From Octopus vulgaris (taxonomy: Eukaryota), in assembly GCA_951406725.2 (NCBI GenBank), contig OX597815.1, forward strand, positions 154,566,001 to 154,630,000: a DNA stretch of 64,000 nucleotides. Reading direction: 5' to 3'. The position numbers were made by a program, and so were the translations under genes. This document shows positions 1 to 12,240 of this stretch, piece by piece. Positions within the stretch are counted from its first letter, which is position 1; every line of letters starts with the position of its first letter. The notes under the pieces are model-generated. The model made no database searches. It saw only the letters and a program-made list of their open reading frames with translations, and was not told where the DNA came from.

Positions 1-79
1 TTAGCCTTGGCCGACCAATGCCTTATTTGTCCATTTTGTAGACGGAAACTGAAAGAAGCCTGTTCTGTCTATATACATA

Positions 80-208
80 CAGGGTGTCCCAAAAAAGTGT
101 ATACATACCTTAAATAATTGTAAATTTGTTATTCTTTGTAAGCCTAGTACTTATTCTATCGTTCTCTTTTGCCGAACCACTATGTGTAATACATTATTTT
201 GGGACACC

Positions 209-211
<3 letters not shown>
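80..211. mobile_element. 132-bp MITE with Tc1/mariner-type TIRs and TA target duplication
   Basis: ta|CAGGGTGTCCCAAAA...TTTTGGGACACCCTG|ta; 15-bp perfect TIR extending imperfectly; interior matches the SINE body (ttattctttgtaagcctagtacttattctatcg). Confidence 0.75.
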
Positions 212-277
<66 letters not shown>

Positions 278-529
278 CGTGTATGTGTGTGTGTGTGCGT
301 GTATGTGTGTGTGTGTGTGTTGTCTGTGTCTGTGCTCTCTCCATCGCTTGACAACCGATGTTGGTTTGTTTCAGGTCCACGTAATATCGATATTTAAATA
401 TCGATCTTATCTAGTGGCCAGTATATATATATCTCTGTGTATGTATACATGTGTGTATGTATGTGTGTATGTGTGTATCTATGTGTATTTATGTGTATAT
501 ATATATGTATATTCTCTTATTCTGTTACA

Positions 530-830
530 CGTTTCAGTCATTTGAATGTGGCCATGCTGGAGCCCCAACTTTAGTCGAAGTAATTGACCCAAGGACTTAC
601 TCTTTCTTCGGGGTCTTACTCATACTTCTTACAATCGATGGTGGGGATCAAACACAGACACAAATACACTTATACATAAATATATATACATATATATAGA
701 CGACGGCCGATAAGATTCCGCCTAAGTCATCCTCTCACAAAGCTGTGGTCAGCCCGAGAGTATAGTAGAAGACACTTTGCACAAGGAACCATGTGGTTGG
801 GAAGCAAGCTTCTTACTATACAGCCACGCT
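530..830 (-). mobile_element. tRNA-derived SINE family A (degenerate copy)
   Basis: Reverse complement matches the copy at 6660-7058 (tttcagtcatttga, ggccatgctggagc, tagtagaagacactt blocks). Confidence 0.7.
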
Positions 831-834
831 TGTT

Positions 835-896
<62 letters not shown>

Positions 897-956
897 GATA
901 TCTACATTATTTACATTAGTTACATTTGTCTTCTCATTCCTAAGGTATGTTTCTAT

Positions 957-957
957 A

Positions 958-988
<31 letters not shown>

Positions 989-1011
989 TATAATAATTAT
1001 TATTATTATTA

Positions 1012-1066
<55 letters not shown>
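957..1066. repeat. (ATT)n microsatellite flanking a LINE 3' end
   Basis: Direct read. Confidence 0.95.
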
Positions 1067-1067
1067 C

Positions 1068-2484
1068 TTTTTTTCTTCTTTCAAATTTGCTTCCATTTCT
1101 TACCGAGTGTCTTCCCGACTCCTAGGGCAAAGAAACTCATAGTATACATTGGTAGGACATTAAACTAAATTCAGTAGTTCGTTCATTTAAAAAAAAATTT
1201 TTTTTTTAAGTTAAATTAAAATACATGGGTAGTAATAGTTCTCACATCGACAATGCTCTTCTCAATACGTGTGATGTACCAGTTAAGACAATCTTTTGCA
1301 CTTCTTGCAGGGATGGTAAGCCAGGGATCATTCTCATATAATTTTCGGTTCCCTTCTTGATCATTCCTAGTGCTCCTACGATCACTGGTATTGTAACCGC
1401 CTTGAGATGCCACATTTTCTCAATTTCAATGTGTAGGTCTTTATATTTTCTGAGCTTGTCAAACTCTTTCGCCGAGATATTATGATCACAGGGGATGATC
1501 ATGTCGATCAATAAGCAAACTTTATTGTTTTGGTCTTTCACAACAATATCTGGTTTATTGGCTTTGATGGTTCGGTCTGTATGTACTGGAAAGTCCCACA
1601 GAATCGTTACATTTTCTCCTTCAGTTACAGCTTCAGGGTGGTGATTGTACCACTGGTCGGCAGTTTTAATATTGTAATGCCGACTTATTAGCCAGTGTAG
1701 ATATTGGCCAACTCTGTCATGTCTTAATTTATACTCCACTGGTGCTAAGACTTTACATCCAGAGATTAGGTGGTCCACTGTTTCAATCATGTCGTTGCAG
1801 AATCGGCATTTTGGATGGCTCCATTTTTTATCACATTGGCCTGGTAGTTCCGGGTTAATAGGCTTTGATCTTGAGCAGCCAGGATGAAACCTTCGCTCTC
1901 TGCTTTTAGCCCTGAGCTCCGTAGCCACTGATGGGTTTGCTTCTGGTCAACATCAGCTTGTTTGCTACGGGCCACATATTTGCCGTGCAGAGGTTTCTCC
2001 TCCCACCTATCAGCCAATTGCTCGTGCGCTGTTTTCGTTGCCATTATTTTCACCTTCTTTGCAACAATAGTTGCCGTACTTCCCTCGGGTTGTTCAGTTT
2101 GGGTATCCTGCACGAGATGAATAGCAAATTTTTTGCTTTCCTTTATGATAGAATGAAACTTCTTTCGTCTATCGTGATTTTCCACGAGCCTTAGCATCCA
2201 GTCATTCGTTATTTCGAGATATTTGGCCAGTTCAATTGTGGTTGTTTTGTAAGCTAGTTCAAATTGGATCAGGCCTCGACCTCCTTGGGCTCTGGGAAGG
2301 TAAAGGCGATCTACGTCTGACTTTGGGTGGTGCATCCTATTACAACTCAGCAGCTTGCGTATTTTCCTATCTATATTCTTTACTTCACTCATATTCCAGT
2401 TCAACACATTGTAGCTCTAAGTAACAACTGGAACTGCTAAGGAATTTATAGCTAACAACTTGTTACGTGCATTTAGTTCAGATT

Positions 2485-2486
<2 letters not shown>
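1068..2486 (-). mobile_element. 5'-truncated R4/Dong-clade non-LTR retrotransposon: thumb, CCHC knuckle, REL endonuclease, 3' UTR; frameshifted
   Basis: ORFs 1787-2407 (HHPKSDVDRLYLPRAQGGRGL; LAAQDQSLLTRNY) and 1242-1928 (CRFC..VDHLISGC..RHD; TILWDF..KPDIVV..IDM..KLRKYKDL..W..PVIVGALG); flanked by (ATT)n on both sides. Confidence 0.9.
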
Positions 2487-2581
<95 letters not shown>

Positions 2582-2629
2582 CATTATTATTATTATTATT
2601 ATTATTATCATCCTCATTATTATTACTCA

Positions 2630-2681
<52 letters not shown>
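2487..2681. repeat. (ATT)n microsatellite between two LINE 3' fragments
   Basis: Direct read. Confidence 0.95.
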
Positions 2682-2684
<3 letters not shown>

Positions 2685-3174
2685 TAGTTTTATTTTTATA
2701 GCGTACTTTCACTTCACTACCGAGCGCAGCTCTGTGCGCCTTGGGTATGTGCTGTGATTTGTTGTGATGCTCTGATGGTTATTGTATGGAAAGTGTTCTG
2801 CGTAGGATGTGTGCAGTGCCTAGTAGTGCAATTTTCTGTATCCTTTATATGTGTTTGTAAGTCCTGGTGTTATGTATTTGTCTGAATATTTTTTTATCAT
2901 GCCTAATGCCAGTCCTAATTGATAGGAATTGTTTCTGTAAGCTAGTTCAGGTTCCACATTCTAGTTACCTCTATTTCCAGGTGTCTTTGTATTTTGAGAG
3001 TTTCTCCATTTCTTTTAGAGACACGTTGTCATCTGCCGGTATTGATACATCAATTAGAAAGCTTCACTTTTTTCTTCATGATCTCTGACAACTATATCTG
3101 GTCTGTTGGCCTTAATTTCTCTATCTGTGTGTATCGTGCATATCCCAGAGTATGGTTGCTATTCTCGTTTTCTG
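2682..3174 (-). mobile_element. Second R4/Dong 3' fragment (REL endonuclease and a different 3' UTR)
   Basis: Minus strand reads ..TILWDM..TDREIKANRPDIVVRDHEEK.. and IQKIALLGTAHILRRTLSIQ*; followed by (ATT)n/(GTT)n to ~3366. Confidence 0.8.
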
Positions 3175-3219
3175 TTATTATTATTATTATTGGTGTGTTA
3201 TTATACCATCTTTTTTCTG

Positions 3220-3292
<73 letters not shown>

Positions 3293-3321
3293 TCCTCATT
3301 ATTATTATTATTATCATTATT

Positions 3322-3354
<33 letters not shown>

Positions 3355-3526
3355 ATTATTATTATTCAGGTCACTGAACTCGAAATCTTTGGAATGAGAC
3401 ACCCGGAGTGTGTATCAGCCGAAACGTTGTGTTAACCACAAACAAGTTGAGGACAAATGCCCGTCGAATGTAAATAATGTAAATAATGTACATTGTTCCT
3501 CATCTCTTAAACATGGAACTGTAGTA

Positions 3527-3741
3527 TCTCTCTCTATATAAACGGCAGTTTGTCTGTGCGTGTTTCTGTGTGTCTGTTTGCTTGTACCCTCACCCTGACC
3601 ACGGCTTTCAACCGATTCTCTCAAAAAAAAATTTACCATCATTTTTTTCCATTTTTTTGCTATTTTTTGGCTATAACTCTCTAAAAATGCTTTATAGTTA
3701 TTTCCCTTACAAACCTGAGCAACGCCGGGCGATACTGCTAG
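3527..3741 (+). mobile_element. Short non-autonomous Helitron
   Basis: A|TC 5' end (tctctctctatataaacggcag), degenerate 3' hairpin cctgagcaacgccggg, terminal CTAG|T, no TSD. Confidence 0.7.
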
Positions 3742-3883
3742 TATAGATATATACGTGTGTGTATGTGTGTGTTTGTTTGTGTATATATGCGTATGTATAT
3801 GGTTGTGCATGTATATGTATATGGGTATATTTGTACAGGAATGTATATGTGTGTATATTTATATATATGTATATGCATGTATG

Positions 3884-3927
<44 letters not shown>

Positions 3928-4381
3928 TTGGTGAATTGAAGAAATGGAGCTGAACGAAGATTGAACAGAAATCGTTTTATTTCATTCTACACGTGTTTCG
4001 AAAGGCAATAATAATATTTTAATTTCAATTATCCGCACCAACGCACGGTTGCAACACCATATGGTTGTACCTCCAACCGTGCTGTTTACTGCTGTGATTT
4101 TTGCTACCAAGGTATCGGTTAAACTTTTGATTAATCTACTACAAGATTATTCATCTTTCTATTTCACATAATATATATATATATATATATATATATGTTA
4201 TCTAAGTAGACGTGTATATATATATATATGTATATATATCTGTGTATGTGCATATCTATATGTATATCTATTTATGCATGCATATGTATTATATGTGTAT
4301 CTGTATATACATGAATATATGTGTGCAGGCGTGTATATGTCTATATGTATATGTATATATATATATATGTGTGTGTATGTA

Positions 4382-4420
<39 letters not shown>

Positions 4421-4638
4421 TTACTTGTATTTATATTCTTTTTTATATATATTCTAATTATTATACAACATTACTCTTTTATGTACACTTTTTTATGTAC
4501 ATTCCTTTATGTACACTGATTTGTTCTGCTTTTTATATTTAACCCTACAGTCTCTTATGTGGTGGTTTAATAAAGTATGTGATTGAGTATTATCTGGTAA
4601 TTGATATTTGATTTAGATGTATTTCTCCATTTTCTTAT

Positions 4639-4690
<52 letters not shown>

Positions 4691-5172
4691 AATTTGTATA
4701 CATGTTGAAAAAATGAATAAATAAATGAATGAATAAGGTGATAGTAATTTCTTTAAAAACTAAAATATTAATAAATGTATAAGGCAGTGGTAAAATTTTG
4801 TAGCTATAGACGATGACGTGAACAAATGGTTTTATTTGTGGTATTTACTCCAAATTTTTAATGTGACAACAGTCGTTAACGTAATTGCATATGAAGCCAA
4901 ATTATTTTATTAATGGTGAATGACTTGTTATTAATGTTGAATGCTTTGTAAATTGAAGTTAGTCCATTAATGAGGATATTTATAATATTTCAGTGGATTA
5001 ATAAATAAATTTAGTATTAACATCCATAATATATTTGTCTTCATTGTAAACTATGTACATTCGTAATTAAATGTAAAATATAAGTTTTAATTATGCTCTC
5101 ATCTTTATATAAAATGATTATAAGTATACTAGCAGAAATACTCGGCGTTGCTCAGGATTAAAATGGCATAGT

Positions 5173-5392
5173 TTACTCTTTTACTCTTTTACTCTTTTAC
5201 TTGTTTCAGTCACTTGACTGCGGCCATGCTGGAGCATCGCCTTTAGTCGAGCAAATCGACCCCAGGACTTATTCTTTGTAAGCCCAGTACTTATTCTATC
5301 GGTTGCTTTTGCCGAACCACTAAGTGACGGTGACGTAAACACACCACCACCAGTTGTCAAGCAATGCTAGGGGGACAAACACAGACACACAA

Positions 5393-5457
<65 letters not shown>

Positions 5458-5480
5458 TACGACGTGCTTCTTTCAGTTTA
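5173..5480 (-). mobile_element. SINE family A, 3' half
   Basis: (tttactct)n tail, ttgtttcagtcacttgactgcggccatgctggagc body, internal CA/TA microsatellite. Confidence 0.8.
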
Positions 5481-5739
5481 CGTATATATTAGAGTTATGT
5501 TGAAACAGTCGATACGGGGAAAGTATATAATTGAAAACAAAACGTTTGCGGAATAATTGATGGGCTAATTCGACTAAGCGACATGTCATGCCGCTGTCCA
5601 GAGTACTCCAGGCCCTACTCTATCATGGGAATTGGCGATAGGGCCTATGTTATTTTTGAACGCACCCAAAATCTGTCAGCTGATGTACTCTCTTTGCGGA
5701 AGTCGGCGCTGCGTCTAACATGACCCATCATCTGAGGTT

Positions 5740-6603
5740 TTAATACCTCTTTCGTGTTTGTTGTCCTACATCACTCACGAAGTAAATTTGGAGGAAGTAT
5801 AGTTGTTCATTTGTGGGTAACAGAGAAGCAATGAGATGATATACTTGCCCTTGAACTTTGAACGTTAGCATAAATTCATGTTCAACTATCTCCTTAGATG
5901 TACCAAACGATGTCATTCGAAATGCAGAGTTGCATTGTCTGATATTGTTCAGAAAATCATTTGACTGGATGAAAGTGCCTTCTAGAAGATCTACAAGAGG
6001 TTGAGGAGGAGCTAGATATGCTGGCAATCTTACTTTACCACCTGAGCAGCGCATGCCATTAGTTTCATTTGGAAAGTTTAGGAAAGTCTCATCTCCCTCC
6101 TGTATTAAGACTTCATCTAATGTGCTGCAGCATGCGTTTGATGATGTTGAGAAAGTTTCACCTCGGTTCTGTCTTGAAACCCAATTTTATGTGTTACAGC
6201 ATGCGTTTATTAATCTTGTGAAAGTCTAATCGCCCATCTCTCTTGAGACTATTTGATGGGCTGTAGCATATGTTTGCTGATCGTGAGAAAGTCTCATCTC
6301 CCTTCTCACTTGAGACACCATTTGAGGTGCTGCTGCATGTACTTGCTGATCTTGAGAAAGTCTCATCTTCCTTCTCTCTTGAGACTGCCTTTGACGTGCT
6401 GCAGCATGCGTTTGCTGATTTTGTGAAAGTCTCATCTCCCTTCTCTCTTGAGACTCCATTGGATGTGCTGTAGCTTGCGTTTGCTGATCTTGAGAAAGTC
6501 TCATCTCCTTTCCTTTTTGAGACCCTCGCCTGCGGTTTTCTACAATTCTCCTTGCTTTATTGTTGTTTCTGGAGATATCATATCTTTTCTTTGGAGGCAT
6601 CAT
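5740..6603 (-). pseudogene. Helitron RepHel N-terminal coding remnant with ~23-aa (69-bp) tandem repeats
   Basis: ORF 6226-6603 repeats MRLSQDQQTxAxAxxxxSQERRE about 4 times; ORF 5740-6054 has conserved Helitron motifs; stops and frameshifts lie between them. Confidence 0.75.
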
Positions 6604-6659
6604 TTAATATTGTAAACAAAATATTATGAACATAGAAAAACTTATACATTAATCTTGGT

Positions 6660-7058
6660 TGTGTGGTAAGTAGCTTGTTTACCAACCACATGGTTCCGGG
6701 TTCAGTCCCACTGCGTGGCACCTTGGGCAAGTGTCTTCTACTATAGCCTCGGGCCGACCAAAGCCTTGTGAGTGGATTCGGTATACGGAAACTGAAAGAA
6801 TCCCGTCGTATATATGTATATATATATGTGCGTGTGTGTGTTTGTGTGTCTGTGTTTGTCCCCCTAGCATTGCTTGACAACCGATGCTGGTGTGCTTATG
6901 TCCCCGTTACTTAGCGGTTCGGCCAAAGTGACCGATTGAATAAGTACTGGGCTTACGAAAGAATAAGTCCCGGGGTCGAGTTGCTAGATTAAAGGCGGTG
7001 CTCCAGCATGGCCGCAGTCAAATGACTGAAACAAGTAAAAGAGTAAAGAGTAAAGAGA
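6660..7058 (+). mobile_element. Near full-length tRNA-derived SINE family A
   Basis: A-box-like gtgtggtaag, B-box-like ggttcagtccc, ccttgggcaagt core, internal microsatellite, (agtaaag)n tail; many dispersed copies in the window. Confidence 0.85.
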
Positions 7059-7660
7059 GTTGTATCTATGTAGTATGTCTTTATTTTTGTATGCACTATA
7101 AATTAACCAAATATAAGCAAATTAACCAAATAGGCAACCTTGCAATTGCTGCGATAATTAACTCGTAACTGAATGGTAAATGTGCCTTATTATATACCTT
7201 GGACCTGTTACCTCATCGTTTTTTGTCAGGAGTTTCACCTCCAGCCGTTCGTTATGCCAGCCAACAACCATAAACTGCCACACCATTCCCCTGTCGTGGC
7301 CGTAAAGACGGAAAGTTGCCGATGTGTATTGTTGTTCATATTAGTGTATAAATAATTCATTTATTTCAAATACAATATAAATAAGATTATCTTAGTGTTA
7401 TTACATTAGAATTAAAAGTGAATGAATAGAAGTGAAACAATATTATAGTCTTATCAAAGGCGAAAGAATAAATAAAATTTAAACAAACATTATTGTACCG
7501 CCGAAAAAAAATCAGAAGGATCGTGTAGGGAGGGGTTTACGACCCTTTATATGGGCAAGGGCCAAAATCTGACCCTCTAGAACCTTCCCCAAGAAATTAA
7601 AAATTGTTCCTGCCAAATTTGGTACAGACTAAGCTAGCGGTTTCGCCGTACATAGAGGAA

Positions 7661-7696
<36 letters not shown>

Positions 7697-8680
7697 TTTA
7701 TAGGTATAAATATTTCAAATTTAATAATAATAGTATATGTACATATAATTTTATAGAAGAGCATATCGTGATTAAAAACATTTCGATTGTAAGTACGTGT
7801 TTCCGGTTATTTTTCCGTAAGCAATGCATGTATAAATTTATAAACCTTGATTTCCAGCAGTTATTCTCTCCTGATAAACTAAGTAAATTGTGTTTTTCAC
7901 TTGTGAATGACTAAGAATGATGTTTATATTAGTACGCATAAATAGATTGAAATCATTCTTAAACATAACTATATATCTTTTTGAATAATTATGCATAAAT
8001 CAATATTTCCTGTAGACCCTATAATGTTTAGCATATGTCACCATATTATATTCTTTCGATCTTATATGCACATAAAAATTACAGAAAAATAAAACTATTG
8101 GCCTACTATGATTAATTTCTTCTGTAAAACTAAATAAAATTCACAATTTATTTATGTATTATTATCATTTTTATATAAGAAATAGTAGATTTTATAATAA
8201 TCGTAACTTTATGTATTTGTTAAACACCGGCGTATTCAGTATAAAATTTTGAATTAATGAATCGTTGATTAAAAGTTTTCCTTAAGGAATTTCGTGTGTT
8301 AATGAAATATATCCTTATTTATGTTTTCATTATAATATATAGAAATTTATTTTCAATATATTTTTACTCCATCATAATTTTTTAACATATGGTATAGATT
8401 TTATTATATAGATTTTATGTAATAAAACTGACCAGTGAATATTTGACACAAAAACATCTTTAGATTAATATTATTAATCTAAACAGAACATTTTATGACT
8501 ATTGCAATCGTTTTGTTTATTTAATTTACTTTATCTATTTAATTTAATTTTATTTTTATTATATTTATTATATATTAAAATTATTACCGCTCATGCTTGT
8601 AAACATAGGTATGTTTTAAATCAGTCTATTTTATGACTTAGCAGACCTTGCATTAAATTTTTGTCTACTTCTTATAGAAA

Positions 8681-8767
8681 TATACCCTGACGAGATTCAT
8701 ATGCATAAATGTGAATTTCTTTATAAATTCACAAGTGGATATTAATCGAAACAAATTGTAGGATATA
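8681..8767 (+). ncRNA. Minimal type-I hammerhead ribozyme (PLE-type)
   Basis: tatacc-CTGACGA-gatt..(long loop with internal hairpin)..aatc-GAAA-caaattg-TA-ggatata; core intact, stem I has a 1-nt bulge. Confidence 0.65.
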
Positions 8768-8956
8768 TATTTGTTTTAATCACTTGTTATATTATATTAT
8801 ATGTTTTTATAGTGTAATTCTATTATATTATAATGTTAATAAATTTATAGTATGTCAATTGTATTTCTGTATTTCCTTTGATATTTAGAAATAGAAATTA
8901 TACCATTTTAAGTTCGGATTTTTTCCCTTCTATATTGTTGTTTTTTCCTTGGGTTG

Positions 8957-9028
<72 letters not shown>

Positions 9029-9811
9029 TTTTGGGATTTGGTTTGCAAATTCTTTATTTGAGTTCGTGTGCTGAAGCAGATTTGTTGTGTCTGAGGAGAG
9101 TCATTCTCTTTTAGTGCCTTATAATTTAACACACACACCGGTAAAATTTTCAATAGTTGCTGACTCTGTCCGTTATTCAAGCTGCGTTCTTTTTATTTGT
9201 TTGTGCGCATGTGTGTGGGTCAGTGTGTGTTCGTATAAACATGTATGTATATATGCATGGATGGAAGTGTGTGTAAGCATGTATATATGTGAGTTTTGTG
9301 CGTTTGTATATATGAATGTGTGTACGTTTGTATGTATTGGGTAACTTCATGTGTTTCTGTGTTTCTATGTGTGTGTGTACCTCCTTGTGTGTGCATGTCT
9401 GAGTGTGCCTGTGTGTGTTGGTGTAATTAGATTTTTGTGATTATGTACTGTGTCTGTATGTATGGATGCGTATCTCCATAGGTGTGGACGTGTGTCTCCG
9501 TATGTGAACTTGTGTGAAATGAAGTGTGTGTAAATGGTCATGTGTTTCAGTCTTCATTTGTGTATATGTATGTATGTGTGCTTGTCTGTTCATATAACCT
9601 AACTACCTATCCATTTGTATGTCTATCCGTTTATTTTCAGTTCCATATGCCTATATACATATGCATATACGTATACACATACACACACACATGCATACAT
9701 CTGTCTACATAACAACCCACTAACTATTTTGTGAAATATATAAAGGTCAGATAAGTTGATTATCTATCTGAAATTGAAACAACGTTCTTAAAATTAAGAG
9801 GGAGGTTAGGA

Positions 9812-10225
9812 CAATACAACAACAACTACACAAACATACGAAACCAAAATACAACAATAACAATAGGGTCAATAACAATAACAACAATGATGATCACACC
9901 ATCCCCACTCAAACAACTATAGCAACAACAGTACAAGCACACGAAACTGAAACAACTATTATAATAACAACTACAATAGCGATGATAACATCAACAGCAA
10001 GAATGACAACAACATCCCCCACACGGACAATAATACTAACCACATCATCCACATCACTACCAACAACAACACCACCCAGATCCACACCAACACCAACAAC
10101 AACAATAACAACAACAACAATGAGCACAACACAAGCACTACCACCACCACCACCACCACCATCACCACCGCCAATAGCAACAACAATGCCAGCAACTATA
10201 ACAACAACAACCACAACGATAATAA
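9812..10225. repeat. (CAA/CCA)-rich low-complexity tract
   Basis: Direct read. Confidence 0.85.
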
Positions 10226-10249
10226 CACTCTACGCTCTGTCTTTATAAC

Positions 10250-11510
10250 CCACAGACTTACCATTCAACAAAAGGGTATGTATCCCACCCCAAATTGACA
10301 GTGAAACAGAAGCAAAGATCTTAGCTAGAAATAGAGTCCAACACATCTTCGATCGGTTCAATTAATTCACTAAAAAACATTATGAGAAAGGGACCCACCA
10401 ACTCAGTTCATCTGTTGCCAAAGGTCTACAAAAACTGAAACAGCGAATTAGGAACAGGGTATTAGTGTGCCTTCCTACGGGCAAGTCTGGCATACTATCA
10501 GTAGTCAGACCACAGAACTATGTTCAGACCATGCAGCAACACATCAGTAGCATGAGAGATGTTGCACCACAGGAATATGAATGAGTGGAAAAACTCCTCA
10601 ATGCACATATGAGAATGTGGTGCAACATAATTCAACCTAAGAAATGGACTGCACACAATTTTCGAACATTTAACAATGATGCTCTTACACTAAACGGATT
10701 ATGCAAAGACCACAAACACTACATAAACCTTGTCATGGGGCCTCCAACCATACATTATGTGGTGCAACATAATCCAACTTAAGAAACGGACTGCACATAA
10801 TTTCCGAGCATTTAACAATGATGATCTTACACTATACAGGTTACTCAAAAACCACAAATAGTACAGAAATCTTGTCATGGGGCCCCCAACCAGAGCAGAT
10901 TGCGGAGCGAATATCTCTAGCAATTATAGGCTGTCCTACTTCCTCTCATAGGTATTACGACTCACATAGAAATGTCTGTGTGAGCACGGAAGATCTCAGT
11001 AAAATCAGTGCTTGCAATCACTTCAACGGCTGCACAGGTTCTGTAGTGGATGGTATGGATATGATTTCACTCTACCCATCGATAGACATAGATCTTGCTG
11101 TGGAGAAGTCAACACGAGGGAAATGAGCCTCCTCCGACAGTGACTACTTAGACGACCATGACCTCAGAAGACTCAGCCCCACCGGGTTACAGAGTGGAAA
11201 ACCACCCACTATCACTTCAGCAGTTAAGAAAAGCACCGCAGAGTGCTGGAGTAGATGGACCGTACCCACCCAAGACCCTGAGAACAACAATCAGGTGAAA
11301 GGTATTATTGCACATGCAATAGTGTCTAGTGTAAGAACCACCTTGAAGAACCACAGAGTAAAGTAACGAGAAACTATACATGTAAGTTCAAGGTGCAGCC
11401 ATTGGTGTCGGTATAGCTGGAGATGTGGCCGGCATCTTCATGACCTGGTGGGACAGAAAACTTACGCAATCCTTAGCAGAACAGTCCACAACTCTTCTAC
11501 TAAGGATTGC
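10250..11510 (+). mobile_element. Decayed Penelope-like element reverse transcriptase
   Basis: LPT(G)KSG, LNGLCKDHK (cf. LYGLPKIHK), DMISLYPSIDI, GAAIGVGIAGDVAGIFMTWWDRKL across several frames. Confidence 0.7.
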
Positions 11511-11704
11511 GTAAGTTTTCTACTTCATTTATTCAATCCGATTATTTCTATGTCTCCGGTAAAGGTTTTAGCTGCCAATTCTGTACAAGACATTGTAGAT
11601 CTTTAGCTGGACTAAAAAGTCCCATTCGATCACAGCACCAATAAGTTAAGCTTCGTGCAATGGCCATACTCGATAACGAGGGGCCAGCCATCATGTATTT
11701 ATCT

Positions 11705-11929
11705 ACGTGTTTGTGTTTGCGCCCCACTATCGCTTGACACCGATGTTGGTGCATTTACGTCCCCGTAACATAGCGGTTCGACAAAAGAGACAGATAGAAT
11801 AAGTACTAGGCTTACAAGGAATAAATCCTGGGGTCGATTCTTTCGACTAAAGGCGGTGCTCCAGCATAGTCTCAGTCAAATGACAAGCAAGTACAAGAAT
11901 AAAGGAATATAAGTATATATATATGTATG

Positions 11930-11981
<52 letters not shown>

Positions 11982-12240
11982 TCAATGTGTGTGTGTCTTT
12001 GTATCTGTGCTTCTCCCCCAGTACCCCTTGGCAGCCGGTGTTGGTGTGTTTTCCAGCCCCGTAACTTAGCGGCTCGGCAAAAGACACTGACAGAATATGT
12101 ACTAGGCTTAACAAAATCATAAATGCTGGAGTCATTTCATTCGACTAAAATTGATTCAAGGCCGTGCTTCCAGGATGGCCGCAATCTAGAGACTGAAACA
12201 AATAAAAGATAAAAAGATAAAAGATAAAAGATAAAAAGAT
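11705..12240 (+). mobile_element. Two tandem 3' halves of SINE family A separated by (TA)n
   Basis: Repeated cttagcggttcggcaaaaga..agaataagtactaggctt..tgactgaaacaa blocks; (gataaaa)n tail. Confidence 0.75.

Larger units (their letters stand above)
5129..7711 (-). mobile_element. Internally deleted Helitron carrying the RepHel N-terminal region, interrupted by two SINEs
   Basis: 3' hairpin-like motif + CTAG at 5129-5160 (minus); ORF 5740-6054 (CSGGKVRLP..FLNNIRQCNSAFRMTSFG..FKVQGQVYHLIASLLP..FLQIYF) is typical of the Helitron Rep N-terminus; Helitron-like 5' region near 7620-7711. Confidence 0.75.

Noticed and set aside
3980-4170. Minus-strand GAAA-cacgtg-TA motif and a 9-bp hairpin at ~4042-4082
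   Set aside because: No CUGANGA core or stem I found; too incomplete to call
6226-6520. Regularly spaced repeats resembling a CRISPR array
   Set aside because: Whole 69-bp units are repeated in frame within a Helitron ORF; no unique spacers, no cas genes, eukaryotic context
9909-10248. Mucin-like Thr/Pro-rich ORF and Val-rich antisense ORFs
   Set aside because: Product of a CAA/CCA low-complexity tract, with no splice or domain support
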